From assembly GCA_033765235.1 (NCBI GenBank), contig JANRIG010000020.1, positions 155,934-219,933 on the forward strand: a stretch of DNA of 64,000 nt. The letters run 5' to 3'. A program made the position numbers and the translations under genes. This document shows, piece after piece, positions 7,667 through 17,907 of the stretch. The stretch's first letter is position 1; each line of letters begins with the position of its first letter. The notes under the pieces were generated by a model, which saw only the letters and a list, made by a program, of their open reading frames with translations, had not been told where the DNA came from and ran no database searches. This DNA is from Cytophagales bacterium (GTDB lineage Bacteria; Bacteroidota; Bacteroidia; Cytophagales; UBA9547).

Positions 7667-9778
7667 TTATTTTTTCTTTTTGGCTACTGTGTTTTTGCTG
7701 ATTTTGTATCTTTCAGATTTGGCAGCTTCTTTATTAGCTTTTTGTATTTCCAGCACTCTGAACTCTACCCTACGGTTGATAGCCATGCCCTCTTCTGTAT
7801 CATTGGTACCAATAGGCAATAGTTCGCCGTAGCCTTTTGCCGTGAGTCTGAAGGCTTTCACCCCATGCGATATGAGGTAATTGCGCACGGTATTTGCCCT
7901 ATCTTCTGATAGTTTCAAGTTCGACTCTTGAGAACCTACATTATCTGTGTGCCCGGCTATTTCGTAAGTGGCTCTTTTTTGTTGCTTCATCATATCTGCT
8001 ACCATTTCCAACTCATGATATGACTCTTCCATGAGGGTGGCTTTGGCAAATTCAAATTGGATGTTTTTCATGGTATATACAGCACCTGAGTCCAAAAATT
8101 TGCCTAATGGAAAATCTTTTTTCATTTCTATTCCCATAGTGATGTCATTGAGCAATATCTTATCTACTTTTTTGAAGTAATCTATAGACTCGCAGTATAT
8201 TTCATATACCTTGCCGTATGTGACAGATAATGCATATGCGCCTGTTTTGGGATTTGATGCGCAAAAGGCTACTGTTTGTCCTTGCTCATCTTTTACGGTA
8301 ATGGTAGCTCGCATAGGTTCATTTGTTTTGTCATCGAATACGGTTCCATTGATGAGTATGCGTGGGTTTTGCCAAAGAGTCATAGGTAGTCCTACTTTAT
8401 ATATGTCCATGTGGTGCAGGTCTTCTTCAAAAGTACCTGTGTTGAAGTAGGCATGGTCGCCTCGGTTGTCTATCACAAATCCTTTGTCGTCTACCTTAGA
8501 GTTAATAAATGGTCCAAGATTAAGTGGTGCCGACCATTTGGTCCATGAGTCGTCGAGCCTTTTGCATACATACACATCATGGCCTCCATATCCTAAGTGA
8601 CCTTTGGAACTAAAGTATAAACTCACCCCATCGTTTGCAAGAAAGGGGTAATCTTCATCAAACGGAGAGTTTACAATGTTTCCCAAATTCACAGGGGCTT
8701 GCCACTTGCGTGTGATTTTGTCATACATTGACACATACAGGTCTAAGCCTCCTACACTTTTTTTGTCTTGCATGGCTATGAGCATCACATTACCGTCATT
8801 ATTCATATAATAGTTTACATGGTCGTTGATATTGACCATGTCAGGTATTTCTATATTTTCGGGCACCGACCATTTGCCATCATCAGTTTTGTGTGATACA
8901 GATACCCCGTCGCCGGCAGATGTGCCATCAGGATTGTATTTATTGCCCAATACCAGCGTATTGCCATCTGGGCTTATGGAGGCTACAAAATTGTGCCCTT
9001 TGTTATTGAGCGGTACACCTGCATTTTTGGCTTCGCTCCATTTGCCTGCAGAGTCTAGCTCAGAGTACCATATATCTTGGTCGCCTTGAGCTTCACATTC
9101 TTTTACAAAATATAAAGTTTTGCCATCGGGGGCTACTTTGGGGCTAAATTCAAAGCAATCTTTACTGTTGATATTGCCTGCTACCTGCTCCTTGTGTATT
9201 TTGTGAGAGGTGTCTGCTATGAATTGGGGCGATATGTCATAAAGTTTGTCGGCATTGAGCACCCCTATGCCTTTGATGATGTTCCATTCATTGATAGCTG
9301 AGTGATCAAGTACTACACGCACTGCATATATAGTGCTGTAAGGGATAAAGGTGGCAAATGATCTAAATTTGGTTTTTGAGACAGCTTTTGAATTTTTATA
9401 AACCAATTTTTCTTTTCCGTCTTTGAGTTGCACATATATTTCATATATAACTCCCGGATTGAATATTCCGCCTATCACCACTTGCTTGGCATTGGCTATC
9501 TTATTGAAAGTAACTTTTATCTCATTTTTTTTATTCGTATTCACATAGTGTATGATATATCCTTCGGAGTATGGGTCATGTTTTGACTCATCAATATCGC
9601 CACCGGCCGGATATATGGTAGGAGGTCCGAGTACTAACTCTGCGGAATTGTTTTCAAACTGAAACCTGTCCGTAAGTTCAAGCAATTTGGTAGCCCACAT
9701 TACATCTTGTGCAATTAAGTTGTGAAATGAAATAAAAAAAATGGCAAATATGTAGATAATATTTAGGTATTTGGGCAT
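7667..9778 (-). CDS. OmpA-family protein with TolB-like (PD40) beta-propeller repeats and CarboxypepD_reg-like domain
   Basis: Signal peptide. Repeated SPDGKTLYF / SLYFSS propeller motifs. C-terminal OmpA domain: FEFAKATL...IAGHTDNVGSQESNLKLSEDRANTV...NRRVEFRV. Confidence 0.85.
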   Translation of the reverse strand: MPKYLNIIYIFAIFFISFHNLIAQDVMWATKLLELTDRFQFENNSAELVLGPPTIYPAGGDIDESKHDPYSEGYIIHYVNTNKKNEIKVTFNKIANAKQVVIGGIFNPGVIYEIYVQLKDGKEKLVYKNSKAVSKTKFRSFATFIPYSTIYAVRVVLDHSAINEWNIIKGIGVLNADKLYDISPQFIADTSHKIHKEQVAGNINSKDCFEFSPKVAPDGKTLYFVKECEAQGDQDIWYSELDSAGKWSEAKNAGVPLNNKGHNFVASISPDGNTLVLGNKYNPDGTSAGDGVSVSHKTDDGKWSVPENIEIPDMVNINDHVNYYMNNDGNVMLIAMQDKKSVGGLDLYVSMYDKITRKWQAPVNLGNIVNSPFDEDYPFLANDGVSLYFSSKGHLGYGGHDVYVCKRLDDSWTKWSAPLNLGPFINSKVDDKGFVIDNRGDHAYFNTGTFEEDLHHMDIYKVGLPMTLWQNPRILINGTVFDDKTNEPMRATITVKDEQGQTVAFCASNPKTGAYALSVTYGKVYEIYCESIDYFKKVDKILLNDITMGIEMKKDFPLGKFLDSGAVYTMKNIQFEFAKATLMEESYHELEMVADMMKQQKRATYEIAGHTDNVGSQESNLKLSEDRANTVRNYLISHGVKAFRLTAKGYGELLPIGTNDTEEGMAINRRVEFRVLEIQKANKEAAKSERYKISKNTVAKKKK

Positions 9779-9886
9779 GATAAAACTCGGGTTAACTGTA
9801 ATATTAACACAAAGATATATAAGTTATTGTTAATTTTGCAATAATATTGCTTATAAATGATAATTATAGCTTGATATTCAGGCAAA

Positions 9887-10903
9887 ATGAACGTAATATT
9901 CCATGAAATAGATGCAAATGCCCGGGAGCGAGTGAATGCATTTATTCAAAATTTTGACCTAAACAATAGTTATAAATTTTACACATCAGGCACTACAGGC
10001 ATCCCTAAAGAAATAAGAATAAGTGGGAAGCAGATGTGGCTCTCTGCACAAAAAACGATTTCATATCTACAATTGAATAGTACGCACAAAGCACTTATAT
10101 GCTTAGATACCAGATACATAGCTGGTACTATGATGATAGTAAGGTGCTTAGCAGCCAATATGGATATGCTCATTACAGCACCAAGAGCTAACCCGCTTTC
10201 CGTCACATTTCCTTACCTGACAGATTTTGCTGCATTTGTACCTTTGCAGCTTAGTGAGATGTGCCAAGATGGTTATATACCTGAATATCTGAATAGTATG
10301 AAATGTGTACTAATAGGTGGCGATGGCATAAGTACTACACTCGCAACATTATGCACCAATATGCAGCCCGATGTATACCATACCTACGGGATGACAGAGA
10401 CTGTATCGCACATAGCCATGAGGAGGCTCAATGGTGCAGATATATCTGATGTGTACACCCCTCTGCCCGATGTAGAGATAAATACTGACCAACGAGGCTG
10501 CCTCATAGTGAAGGCAGATGTGACCAACCATGAGTGGGTAGTGACCAACGATGTAGTAAGTATGGTGGGGCAAAATTTTATTATTAATGGTAGAATAGAC
10601 CATGTAATAGTAAGCGGCGCCTATAAAATACATCCTGAAGTTGTAGAAAATACAGTATATATGGCTGCTAAGGAATGGAATATACCCATGCTTTGCTTGT
10701 GCAAAGGGATAGATGATGAAAAATATGGCAAAAAATGTGTATTGTATATACAAAAAAGCAGTGTGCTTAATTATGAATTAATACCCAAAATATTATTGTA
10801 CTTACAAAGCAAGCTACATAAGTATGAAGTGCCTAAAGAAATAATATTTACTGATAATATTGCGCTAAACGCTGCGGGCAAAGTGTTGAGGTATGGTGAG
10901 TAA
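9887..10903 (+). CDS. AMP-binding (acyl/aryl-CoA ligase) enzyme, short form usually annotated O-succinylbenzoate-CoA ligase
   Basis: YTSGTTGIPKEI and TYGMTET adenylation motifs, 338 aa. No other men genes are adjacent. Confidence 0.7.
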   Translation: MNVIFHEIDANARERVNAFIQNFDLNNSYKFYTSGTTGIPKEIRISGKQMWLSAQKTISYLQLNSTHKALICLDTRYIAGTMMIVRCLAANMDMLITAPRANPLSVTFPYLTDFAAFVPLQLSEMCQDGYIPEYLNSMKCVLIGGDGISTTLATLCTNMQPDVYHTYGMTETVSHIAMRRLNGADISDVYTPLPDVEINTDQRGCLIVKADVTNHEWVVTNDVVSMVGQNFIINGRIDHVIVSGAYKIHPEVVENTVYMAAKEWNIPMLCLCKGIDDEKYGKKCVLYIQKSSVLNYELIPKILLYLQSKLHKYEVPKEIIFTDNIALNAAGKVLRYGE

Positions 10904-11022
10904 AATAATAAATTGCATATTATTTTCAATACGTGTATGTATAAACCTATTTTCAGGGCAAGATACCATTGAATGATTTATTGCCCATATTTGTTTTACT
11001 ATTAATATTCAATAATATATAT

Positions 11023-11514
11023 ATGCTTATCTCTTTCGTCAGTTTACCTGCTCACGCTCGTATATGGATATTTCAGTCTGCACACAAGCTAAGTGAGCAA
11101 CTGCATCACAAAATAAGTGCTGATATTCAAGATTTTATTTCCACTTGGAAAAGTCATGACCATGAGGTGAGTGCCGGCTACGCCATATTAGAAAATACAT
11201 TTGTAATAATAGGCGCAGAAGATACCGCAAGCGGATGCTCTGTAGATAAACTCCACCATTTCGTCCAACATTTAAATGAAAAACACCACATAGACCTGCT
11301 GGATAGAAGAATGATAATAATAACACCTGACGGCACATATTATTTACCTTTGCCCGAACTGCGTAATGCAATATCTGAAGGCAAAATTATGCATGATGAT
11401 TATATTTATATGAACAATATTACCCAAAAACATGAATTGCAAACTTTGTGGAAGATAAAAATATCAGACTCATTCTTAAAGAAGTATCTCCCTCAAGCTG
11501 TGCAGCACTCATAA
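11023..11514 (+). CDS. Conserved hypothetical protein (Bacteroidota family often mislabelled 'ABC transporter ATPase')
   Basis: ARIWIFQS... and ASGCSVDK motifs recalled from that family. The ATG at 11023 is preferred to the TTG at 10969. Confidence 0.55.
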   Translation: MLISFVSLPAHARIWIFQSAHKLSEQLHHKISADIQDFISTWKSHDHEVSAGYAILENTFVIIGAEDTASGCSVDKLHHFVQHLNEKHHIDLLDRRMIIITPDGTYYLPLPELRNAISEGKIMHDDYIYMNNITQKHELQTLWKIKISDSFLKKYLPQAVQHS

Positions 11515-11608
11515 TACATGTAAGTATATATGACAATTGCTCATATTAATATTGTACAACAAAATCTTAGTTACGTATAATATATTAGTAATAATAAATA
11601 CTTTCGCT

Positions 11609-11911
11609 ATGAAAAATTTAATAATTTACATAATTACTGTTTTCATTTTTGGAGCATGCAATAGTACCCGAAAATTGGAAAACAACGCTGCCTCATCAGA
11701 CCCTACCCAACGTGCCAAAGAATATAACTATAACTATAACCATGCACGTAGTGTAGTAGACTATAATGTGAAACATAAAAAAACAAGGCAAAAAATAGCT
11801 AATCACAACAAAGAAGTGATGCAGGACAAACTCATAAAGCTGAACTCCGGCAAAAAGAATCCTGACAATAGGCACTTGCCACACTCATTTAGATTTTACA
11901 GGGGTAATTAA
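11609..11911 (+). CDS. Small basic lipoprotein
   Basis: MKNLIIYIITVFIFGAC: signal peptide plus lipobox at the internal ATG 11609. Confidence 0.5.
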   Translation: MKNLIIYIITVFIFGACNSTRKLENNAASSDPTQRAKEYNYNYNHARSVVDYNVKHKKTRQKIANHNKEVMQDKLIKLNSGKKNPDNRHLPHSFRFYRGN

Positions 11912-12025
11912 TTGCCGCAATTTGACCTTGCTCCTCAATGTATCAAAACCGCCGTAGCGGTGAGGACACAATAATCTGCCACTAATTGGGCAAAAAAATA
12001 ATATAAAGATTTTTGTCTAAAAGTA

Positions 12026-12033
12026 TATCTTTG
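12026..12033 (+). promoter_or_regulatory. -7 promoter motif TATCTTTG
   Basis: TAnnTTTG match 27 nt upstream of the ATG at 12061. Confidence 0.4.
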
Positions 12034-12060
12034 TGGCTTCATCATAGTATCATACCTTAT

Positions 12061-12981
12061 ATGTCTTTATTAGTAATAGGCTCTGTAGCCTTTGATGCCA
12101 TAGAAACTCCCTTTGGCAAAACCGACAAAATCATAGGTGGCGCAGCCACTTACATTTGCCTCTCTGCAAGCTATCTTGTGAAGCCTGTGAAGCTGGTGGC
12201 AGTGGTAGGCGGAGATTTTCCAAAAGAAAAAATAAAACTATTGCAAGACAAAGGCGTGAATACCGAGGGGCTGCAAATAAAAGAAAATGAAAAGTCTTTT
12301 TTTTGGTCGGGCAAGTACCGCAACGATATGAATAGCAGGGACACCTTGGTAACAGAGCTTAATGTATTAGAAACATTTGACCCTATTATACCTGCCTCTT
12401 ATACTGATTGCAAATACCTCATGCTGGGCAACTTAGCACCCAAAGTACAAAGCACTGTGATAAGGCGCATGCCCAAAAGACCTAAGCTCATAGTGATGGA
12501 TACTATGAACTTTTGGATGGACGTGGCTTACGATGACTTGATGGAAACCCTATCTATGGTAGATGTGCTTACTATAAACGATGAGGAAGCTCGCCAACTC
12601 TCCAAAGAATATTCATTGGTGAAAGCAGCAAAAAAAATACTTACTATGGGACCTAAAGTATTAGTTATAAAAAAAGGAGAGCATGGTGCGCTGCTGTTCA
12701 ACGACAAACAAGTATTTTTTGCTCCTGCCCTCCCTCTCGAAGATGTGTTTGACCCTACCGGTGCAGGAGATACCTTTGCAGGAGGGTTCATAGGTTATTT
12801 GGCATATAAAGATGACATCAGCTTTGGCACCATGAAGTCTGCCCTGATATATGGGTCTGCTTTAGCATCATTTTGCGTGACCAAGTTTGGCACCGAAGCT
12901 CTTGAGAGCATTACTCTCGCCGAAATAGAAACCAGAGTACAAGATTTCATAGATTTAGTACAGTTTGAGATTAATATTTAG
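12061..12981 (+). CDS. PfkB-family carbohydrate kinase
   Basis: MSLLVIGSVAFD...GGAATY at the N-terminus and DPTGAGDTFAGGF near the C-terminus (PfkB signatures). ATG at 12061 preferred. Confidence 0.85.
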   Translation: MSLLVIGSVAFDAIETPFGKTDKIIGGAATYICLSASYLVKPVKLVAVVGGDFPKEKIKLLQDKGVNTEGLQIKENEKSFFWSGKYRNDMNSRDTLVTELNVLETFDPIIPASYTDCKYLMLGNLAPKVQSTVIRRMPKRPKLIVMDTMNFWMDVAYDDLMETLSMVDVLTINDEEARQLSKEYSLVKAAKKILTMGPKVLVIKKGEHGALLFNDKQVFFAPALPLEDVFDPTGAGDTFAGGFIGYLAYKDDISFGTMKSALIYGSALASFCVTKFGTEALESITLAEIETRVQDFIDLVQFEINI

Positions 12982-12997
12982 GGATTAGATATTTTTT

Positions 12998-14269
12998 TTA
13001 CATATATTTAAATATTAAGCCTTCGCGTTCCAGCTCCGGCAGCACCGCTTTATAGTACTTTTCATGTACGGGAATATTAACTCCTTCATCTGCAATTGAC
13101 CCTTCTAAAAATTTTTGTACTACTATAGCCAATGGCAGTCCTACAGTTTTTGACATGGCGGTGTTCACACTATCTATCCCTTCTATATCAAGCATCATGA
13201 TTTTGGAGTAGCTTTTATTATCCATATTATATACCAATTTGTGTATCATTACCACCCTGTCTTTGTCGTGTGGCATCATGCGCCACTTTTTTTCAATTAA
13301 ATGTTGCAATACTTGTGCATAAGTGACCAAGTTCATATTAATAGGTACATCATCCGGCAAGCCTAATGCCTGTATTTGAGCCAAAAGCATAGGGTCACTT
13401 GTCAATGTATCTGTATCTATGTTGAATAATTGCTTATAGGTCATGGTATTAGTATTGTGCAATACATGATTGTCAGTATAGCCATTATTTATGAGATAGT
13501 GCCATCCTTTGCAAAAACCATCATATCTGAGAGTGCCTCTAATGAGGGTTTTTATATGTGGCAAATAGTATATATCTTTATACATTGTAGAGTCTCTGTT
13601 GGCATATCCTTCAAATGTTTCATTGCCTACCGTTATTTTTTTGATATAATCTGTGCCAAAAAGTTGTGCATAAGGCACAGAGACTATGTTTCCGTCTTGC
13701 AAATATTGGGCATCTCCACCTTGCCCTGCCAGCACTACATTGCGTGGGTTCCACGATATTTTATAATGCCATGGATTGGTATCGCTGTCTTTGGCTACCA
13801 GTCCACCACAATAGGAATATAGCTCTATCACCTCGCCTCCGAGGGAGTAAATTTCATCTACAGCGTGTTTTATAGTCATATGGTCAAGCCCCGGGTCAAG
13901 CCCGCACTCCATTAGAAAAAGTAGTCCTGCCTGTTTCACTTCATTATTCAACTTTTGTATGCCCTCAGTCATGTATGATGCTGTGAAAAAATGTTTTTTT
14001 TCTGCAATACATCTTTGAGCAATGACTTCGTGCATATCGGGTGGCAACATGGATATTACCAAGTGATAATTTTTAATGTTTTGAAATATTTCATCAATAT
14101 TCCAACTCACAGCTTGTGCAGCCGGGCGGTTTTGTATTTTGTCTTCTGCAAGTTTTTTGTCTCTGTCGCACACAGTGATGCGTATATTAAGTATGTGCGC
14201 TATGCCTGTAAGATGTGTTATCAAATGATACGAAGACCTGCCGGCACCTAATATTAATATATTCACCAT
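12998..14269 (-). CDS. Saccharopine dehydrogenase/reductase family protein
   Basis: ILILGAGRS Rossmann start and the MECGLDPGLDHM motif characteristic of saccharopine reductase-like enzymes. Confidence 0.85.
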   Translation of the reverse strand: MVNILILGAGRSSYHLITHLTGIAHILNIRITVCDRDKKLAEDKIQNRPAAQAVSWNIDEIFQNIKNYHLVISMLPPDMHEVIAQRCIAEKKHFFTASYMTEGIQKLNNEVKQAGLLFLMECGLDPGLDHMTIKHAVDEIYSLGGEVIELYSYCGGLVAKDSDTNPWHYKISWNPRNVVLAGQGGDAQYLQDGNIVSVPYAQLFGTDYIKKITVGNETFEGYANRDSTMYKDIYYLPHIKTLIRGTLRYDGFCKGWHYLINNGYTDNHVLHNTNTMTYKQLFNIDTDTLTSDPMLLAQIQALGLPDDVPINMNLVTYAQVLQHLIEKKWRMMPHDKDRVVMIHKLVYNMDNKSYSKIMMLDIEGIDSVNTAMSKTVGLPLAIVVQKFLEGSIADEGVNIPVHEKYYKAVLPELEREGLIFKYM

Positions 14270-14344
14270 AAATGAGGCATTTACTAATGTTATGCAATTT
14301 ATTATTATATGATAATAATATATGTAAACATGGTTGGAAAAGTT

Positions 14345-14387
14345 AATTTTTTATAAAATAAATAGCCCATGGTGTTTACCATGAGCT
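14345..14387 (-). terminator. Intrinsic terminator after the receptor/lipoprotein pair
   Basis: The minus strand reads agctcatggt-aaac-accatgggct (10-bp stem including one G-U), followed by atttattttat. It lies 18 nt after the stop at 14405. Confidence 0.45.
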
Positions 14388-14404
14388 ATGGATATATGCT
14401 TGTA

Positions 14405-15502
14405 TCATTTGAGTATCACCCCATTGGGTATGACACCTACTACCATGGAGTCTACAGTACTTACCACCTTGGATGACTCTATTTTATACCTCACTATTTT
14501 GCCATCTCCTTTAAAGTCGCCTGCATCGCAACCTATGATATAATTATCAGATGGGTCGTAGGCCAGTGCATAAAAACTTCTTTTGAGCACATGTGCAGCG
14601 GTGTCCAAGGCAGTTGCTGCGATACCTTGAGCAAATATTTTGCCCCTATATTCATAGTACATCATATCAGAGGTGCCGTTGATTATGAGGTTGCCGGGTC
14701 TATCACTTGCTGAACCAAACTCTAAGGTTTGTGCTACAGCATTGGCAGCTGTATTTATTTTTACCAACTTGCCTTTGGTTTCCAATCCTGAGAAGTCTGC
14801 TTTATATTTGCCTCCGCATAGCACCCACAGGTTGTTGTCTTTGTCCACAGCCAAAGTATTGGGAGCGTCACCTGTATTTATGGTTTGAGCAAGTGTATTG
14901 TTTTCAGTGTTTATCACCGATACTTTATTATCACTGCCATATCCTCCTCCATTGAGTACATATACATATTTACCTATCTTCACCAATTCATCAGGTCCTG
15001 TGCCCACAGCAATGGATGATGTTTTTTTAGAAGTGGCAAGGTCTATTACCAGTACACTATTACTCTCCCAGTCTGTAAGGTAGCCTGTTTTGTCATTAAT
15101 TGCTATAAAATATCTGGGACTTGCAGTGCTACTGCCCAAGTCTAACACAGATGGGGTAGTAGACTTAAACCCCGATACAGATACTACTTCTACTTTGTAG
15201 GAGTTTTGTACTACTATATATGCTTTGTCTTGATATATGTACATAGACTGTGCTTGGTCTCCCAGGTCTTTGCCATTGGCATTTTTATAGATGTCTTTTA
15301 CAATACTTTTCGATGATTTGTCGTAATACGATACAGAGGCATTTTTTTTGCCAAAGCCACCTTCATTTAGCACATAAAATCCTGAACTGCCTACTATAGG
15401 GGTGGGGGTAGTGGTTTTCTCAGGATCTTTGCTACAAGAGGTAAACATAAGTGCAGATGCACTTGCAAGCACTATAGAGATGCTAATCAATTGTTTTTTC
15501 AT
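14405..15502 (-). CDS. Surface beta-propeller lipoprotein (YncE/DUF5074-like); candidate B12-capture partner of the upstream receptor
   Basis: Lipoprotein signal ...LMFTSCSKD. FYVLNEGGFGKKNASVSYYD motif and repeated propeller-like blades. There is a 4-nt overlap with the receptor gene, and the pair sits under a cobalamin riboswitch. Confidence 0.6.
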   Translation of the reverse strand: MKKQLISISIVLASASALMFTSCSKDPEKTTTPTPIVGSSGFYVLNEGGFGKKNASVSYYDKSSKSIVKDIYKNANGKDLGDQAQSMYIYQDKAYIVVQNSYKVEVVSVSGFKSTTPSVLDLGSSTASPRYFIAINDKTGYLTDWESNSVLVIDLATSKKTSSIAVGTGPDELVKIGKYVYVLNGGGYGSDNKVSVINTENNTLAQTINTGDAPNTLAVDKDNNLWVLCGGKYKADFSGLETKGKLVKINTAANAVAQTLEFGSASDRPGNLIINGTSDMMYYEYRGKIFAQGIAATALDTAAHVLKRSFYALAYDPSDNYIIGCDAGDFKGDGKIVRYKIESSKVVSTVDSMVVGVIPNGVILK

Positions 15503-17427
15503 AATTTTTGATTTAATTTATTAATTGGTTGATAAAAAGAAACACTTAACCCGGCTAGGAAATTTATTCCAGGCATGGGATTGTTTTCTAATACCTCGTA
15601 TCGGGTATTAAAAATATTGTTGCACTGTACCTGTGGTGCTACTGCAATTTTTTTTATATAAATTGGGTTAATATTTGCTTGAAGGTTGGCAGTATGGTAT
15701 GCCGGCTGAAAATCTTCGTTTTCAGCATCGGTATATCTGTAGCTCACGTAGGCATTATTTATGAATAGGTTTATGATCTTGTTACTCCATGTAATATTCA
15801 CAAAGCCCTTATTGTAAGGCACATATATAAGTTGTTTGCCTACTTCTACAGTATTAGCAGACTTCAATACTGTCACTTCGTTGTAGTCTGCACCTGCTGC
15901 AAAATTTATTTTTTGTTTTTTTATATGTATGCCAATTTCAGATTTCAGTTCTATGCCTTTGCTTTGCACCTCAAGTATATTTTGTGGGGTGAGTATGCCT
16001 GAGTTGTCCTTTCTCCATATTACCCAATTTTGTACATTATTCACAAATATATTCACATCCATAGCGTAGGTTGCAGGCACTATTATTACTTTTTCAGCTT
16101 TGAATTTAAGCCCCAATTCCCCTGCATAGCTGCTTTCGGGCAACAAAGCATTGTTGCCACTTTCGCCACGCCCGCGCCAATACATATCATTTATGGTAGG
16201 TATCCTATAATTGTATGACGTATTTATATATATTGATAAAGGCAATACAGGATTATATTCCACTCCCAATGAATATGTCCATGGTATATCATATGTATTG
16301 CCTATTACATATTCCTTTCTTAATCTGGGGTTTACAGTGAGCTTTTGCCATGGTGTCCATCTGTATCCTGCAAATATTGCATACCGCACCTGTGAGGGGT
16401 GTTGGGGCAGGTTGGTAGCTTGAGCCCACACAGCTGTATTATGCAACCCTATATTGAAGTAATGTTTTTCTTTCCATATGTAGCTGCACTCTGCCTCACT
16501 AATAGATGATAATGCCTTGTTGTCTGTCTTAAAGTTGAATGAGGGTATCATAAATTGTAAATTTTCGGCAAATAATGCGGTGCGCAAAGCCCATTGAAAC
16601 TTACCCTGAGGTATCACCCACTGCAATGTATATCTGTGTGTTTCGTCTATCTGTGTTGATAGTGAGCTCGGTATTTGTCTATGGCTGTATTGCCACCAAT
16701 AAGCACTGGTGAGGGTACTTCTGTGTATTTTTATATTGGTTTCATTTAATAAGCCTTGCTGTGTGTAAGCAGCATTTTTTTGGGTTTGTGACCTATCTTG
16801 ATACATATATTCATAGTTATTAGTGGCACTTCTTGCATATATTGAAGTCTTATTACTTATTCTTTGCCCTGATATATTAGCTGCTCCACTTTGGTATAAT
16901 GTGCCAAAACTGCCCATACTATTGTTTGCAGACAGGTGTAGCCCCTTATGGTTTGAGTGATTTTGGCTTAGTTCTGTCACTGCACCTACCGCACCCGACC
17001 CATGCAATGCAGAGGAGCCACCGAGTCTTATTTTTGCATTGTCAAATACCAGATTGGGAATGAGCGAATAATCAACGTTGCCGTTCATAGGGCTTGCTAT
17101 GTTAAAGCCATTCCACAGCACTATATTGTGATAAGCAGAAAGTCCTCTAAAAGAGCCTGTTGCAAGTGTGCCAAGCCCATTTGAGCGTACATATCCAATA
17201 TTGTTTTGCATGAGCACATCTGCCAAAGTATTATTTTTATACCCCACTAAATAGTTACTGTCTACAGCCACCTCATTGTACCCTTTGTACAATGACTTGT
17301 ATTTAGTTTCATATACTTTTACTTCTTGTAGGGTTACTATGCTATCTGCCTGCTTACGCTGCGCATAAGCGGCAAATGACAAAAAAATACAAAAACCTAG
17401 CGACAGATATGCCGACAAATATTTCAT
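15499..17427 (-). CDS. btuB: TonB-dependent outer-membrane receptor, probable cobalamin transporter
   Basis: Signal peptide, TonB-box-like IVTLQEVKV, plug motifs (GYVRSNG...FRGL...VLWNGFNI), and a long barrel. It is directly downstream of a cobalamin riboswitch. Confidence 0.8.
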   Translation of the reverse strand: MKYLSAYLSLGFCIFLSFAAYAQRKQADSIVTLQEVKVYETKYKSLYKGYNEVAVDSNYLVGYKNNTLADVLMQNNIGYVRSNGLGTLATGSFRGLSAYHNIVLWNGFNIASPMNGNVDYSLIPNLVFDNAKIRLGGSSALHGSGAVGAVTELSQNHSNHKGLHLSANNSMGSFGTLYQSGAANISGQRISNKTSIYARSATNNYEYMYQDRSQTQKNAAYTQQGLLNETNIKIHRSTLTSAYWWQYSHRQIPSSLSTQIDETHRYTLQWVIPQGKFQWALRTALFAENLQFMIPSFNFKTDNKALSSISEAECSYIWKEKHYFNIGLHNTAVWAQATNLPQHPSQVRYAIFAGYRWTPWQKLTVNPRLRKEYVIGNTYDIPWTYSLGVEYNPVLPLSIYINTSYNYRIPTINDMYWRGRGESGNNALLPESSYAGELGLKFKAEKVIIVPATYAMDVNIFVNNVQNWVIWRKDNSGILTPQNILEVQSKGIELKSEIGIHIKKQKINFAAGADYNEVTVLKSANTVEVGKQLIYVPYNKGFVNITWSNKIINLFINNAYVSYRYTDAENEDFQPAYHTANLQANINPIYIKKIAVAPQVQCNNIFNTRYEVLENNPMPGINFLAGLSVSFYQPINKLNQKL

Positions 17428-17536
17428 TTACAATGATTTATAACATGTATAAACCATAGCATACAAAAAAAACAATAAAGAAACCAAATATTAAATAATT
17501 GGTTATCCTTCACCTTTTCTCCGAAAGCTACGAATA

Positions 17537-17711
17537 TCAATTAGTTTTGGCAGGTCTCCTGGCTCATCGGATTTTTTACTTTTTGCCTTCTCGTAAATGT
17601 TTGATTTACAATGGCACAGATGGGAATAAAAAACATTGCTTTAGCATGCCAAAGCCCGATACACAGTTGCGGGAACAGCCTCCGGATAGTACGGAGTTCC
17701 CTTTTAATTGA
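17537..17711 (-). promoter_or_regulatory. Cobalamin (B12) riboswitch aptamer
   Basis: The minus strand contains AAAAGGGAA...GGAGGCTGTTCCCGCAACTGT core sequences. The B12 box AGCCAGGAGACCTGCC is the complement of 17549-17564. A closing helix pairs tcaatta with taattga (17705-17711 with 17537-17543). Confidence 0.85.
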
Positions 17712-17748
17712 ATGATAATATTATGCAATCATCCAAACCAAACTTTCG

Positions 17749-17756
17749 CAAACATA
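17749..17756 (-). promoter_or_regulatory. -7 promoter motif TATGTTTG for the riboswitch-btuB transcript
   Basis: TAnnTTTG on the minus strand, about 38 nt upstream of the aptamer 5' helix. Confidence 0.4.
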
Positions 17757-17857
17757 CTAAACATTAACATCATTGAATAAAATAATAAAAAAAATATTTC
17801 TGAAATATATTTTTATAAAAAATAACTATTGAATACACAACATATTAAATTTTTGCC

Positions 17858-17865
17858 TACATTTG
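17858..17865 (+). promoter_or_regulatory. -7 promoter motif TACATTTG for rimP-nusA-infB
   Basis: TAnnTTTG match 62 nt upstream of the rimP ATG. Confidence 0.4.
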
Positions 17866-17882
17866 CACCCGTAATTAGTAAG

Positions 17883-17907
17883 AAGAGGGGATAATATCCC
17901 CTTTTTT
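17883..17907 (+). terminator. Terminator-like hairpin plus T6 in the rimP leader (candidate attenuator)
   Basis: aagaggggat-aat-atcccctttttt. The stem core is gggg(at)/(at)cccc, can be extended by A-U/G-U pairs, and is followed by tttttt. It lies between the putative promoter and the ATG at 17928. Confidence 0.5.

Noticed and set aside
11948-11961. Small hairpin accgc-cgta-gcggt after the lipoprotein gene.
   Set aside because: A 5-bp stem with no following T-run is not convincing as a terminator or sRNA.
17482-17504. Hairpin aaccaa/ttggtt followed by a U-run in the riboswitch expression platform (minus strand), considered as the regulated terminator.
   Set aside because: The stem is only 6 A/U-rich base pairs with an 11-nt loop. 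That is too weak to call without folding or experimental data. Control could equally act on translation.
17499-17711. 70-aa plus-strand ORF in the btuB-rimP spacer.
   Set aside because: It is the reverse complement of the cobalamin riboswitch. The RNA element explains the sequence conservation.
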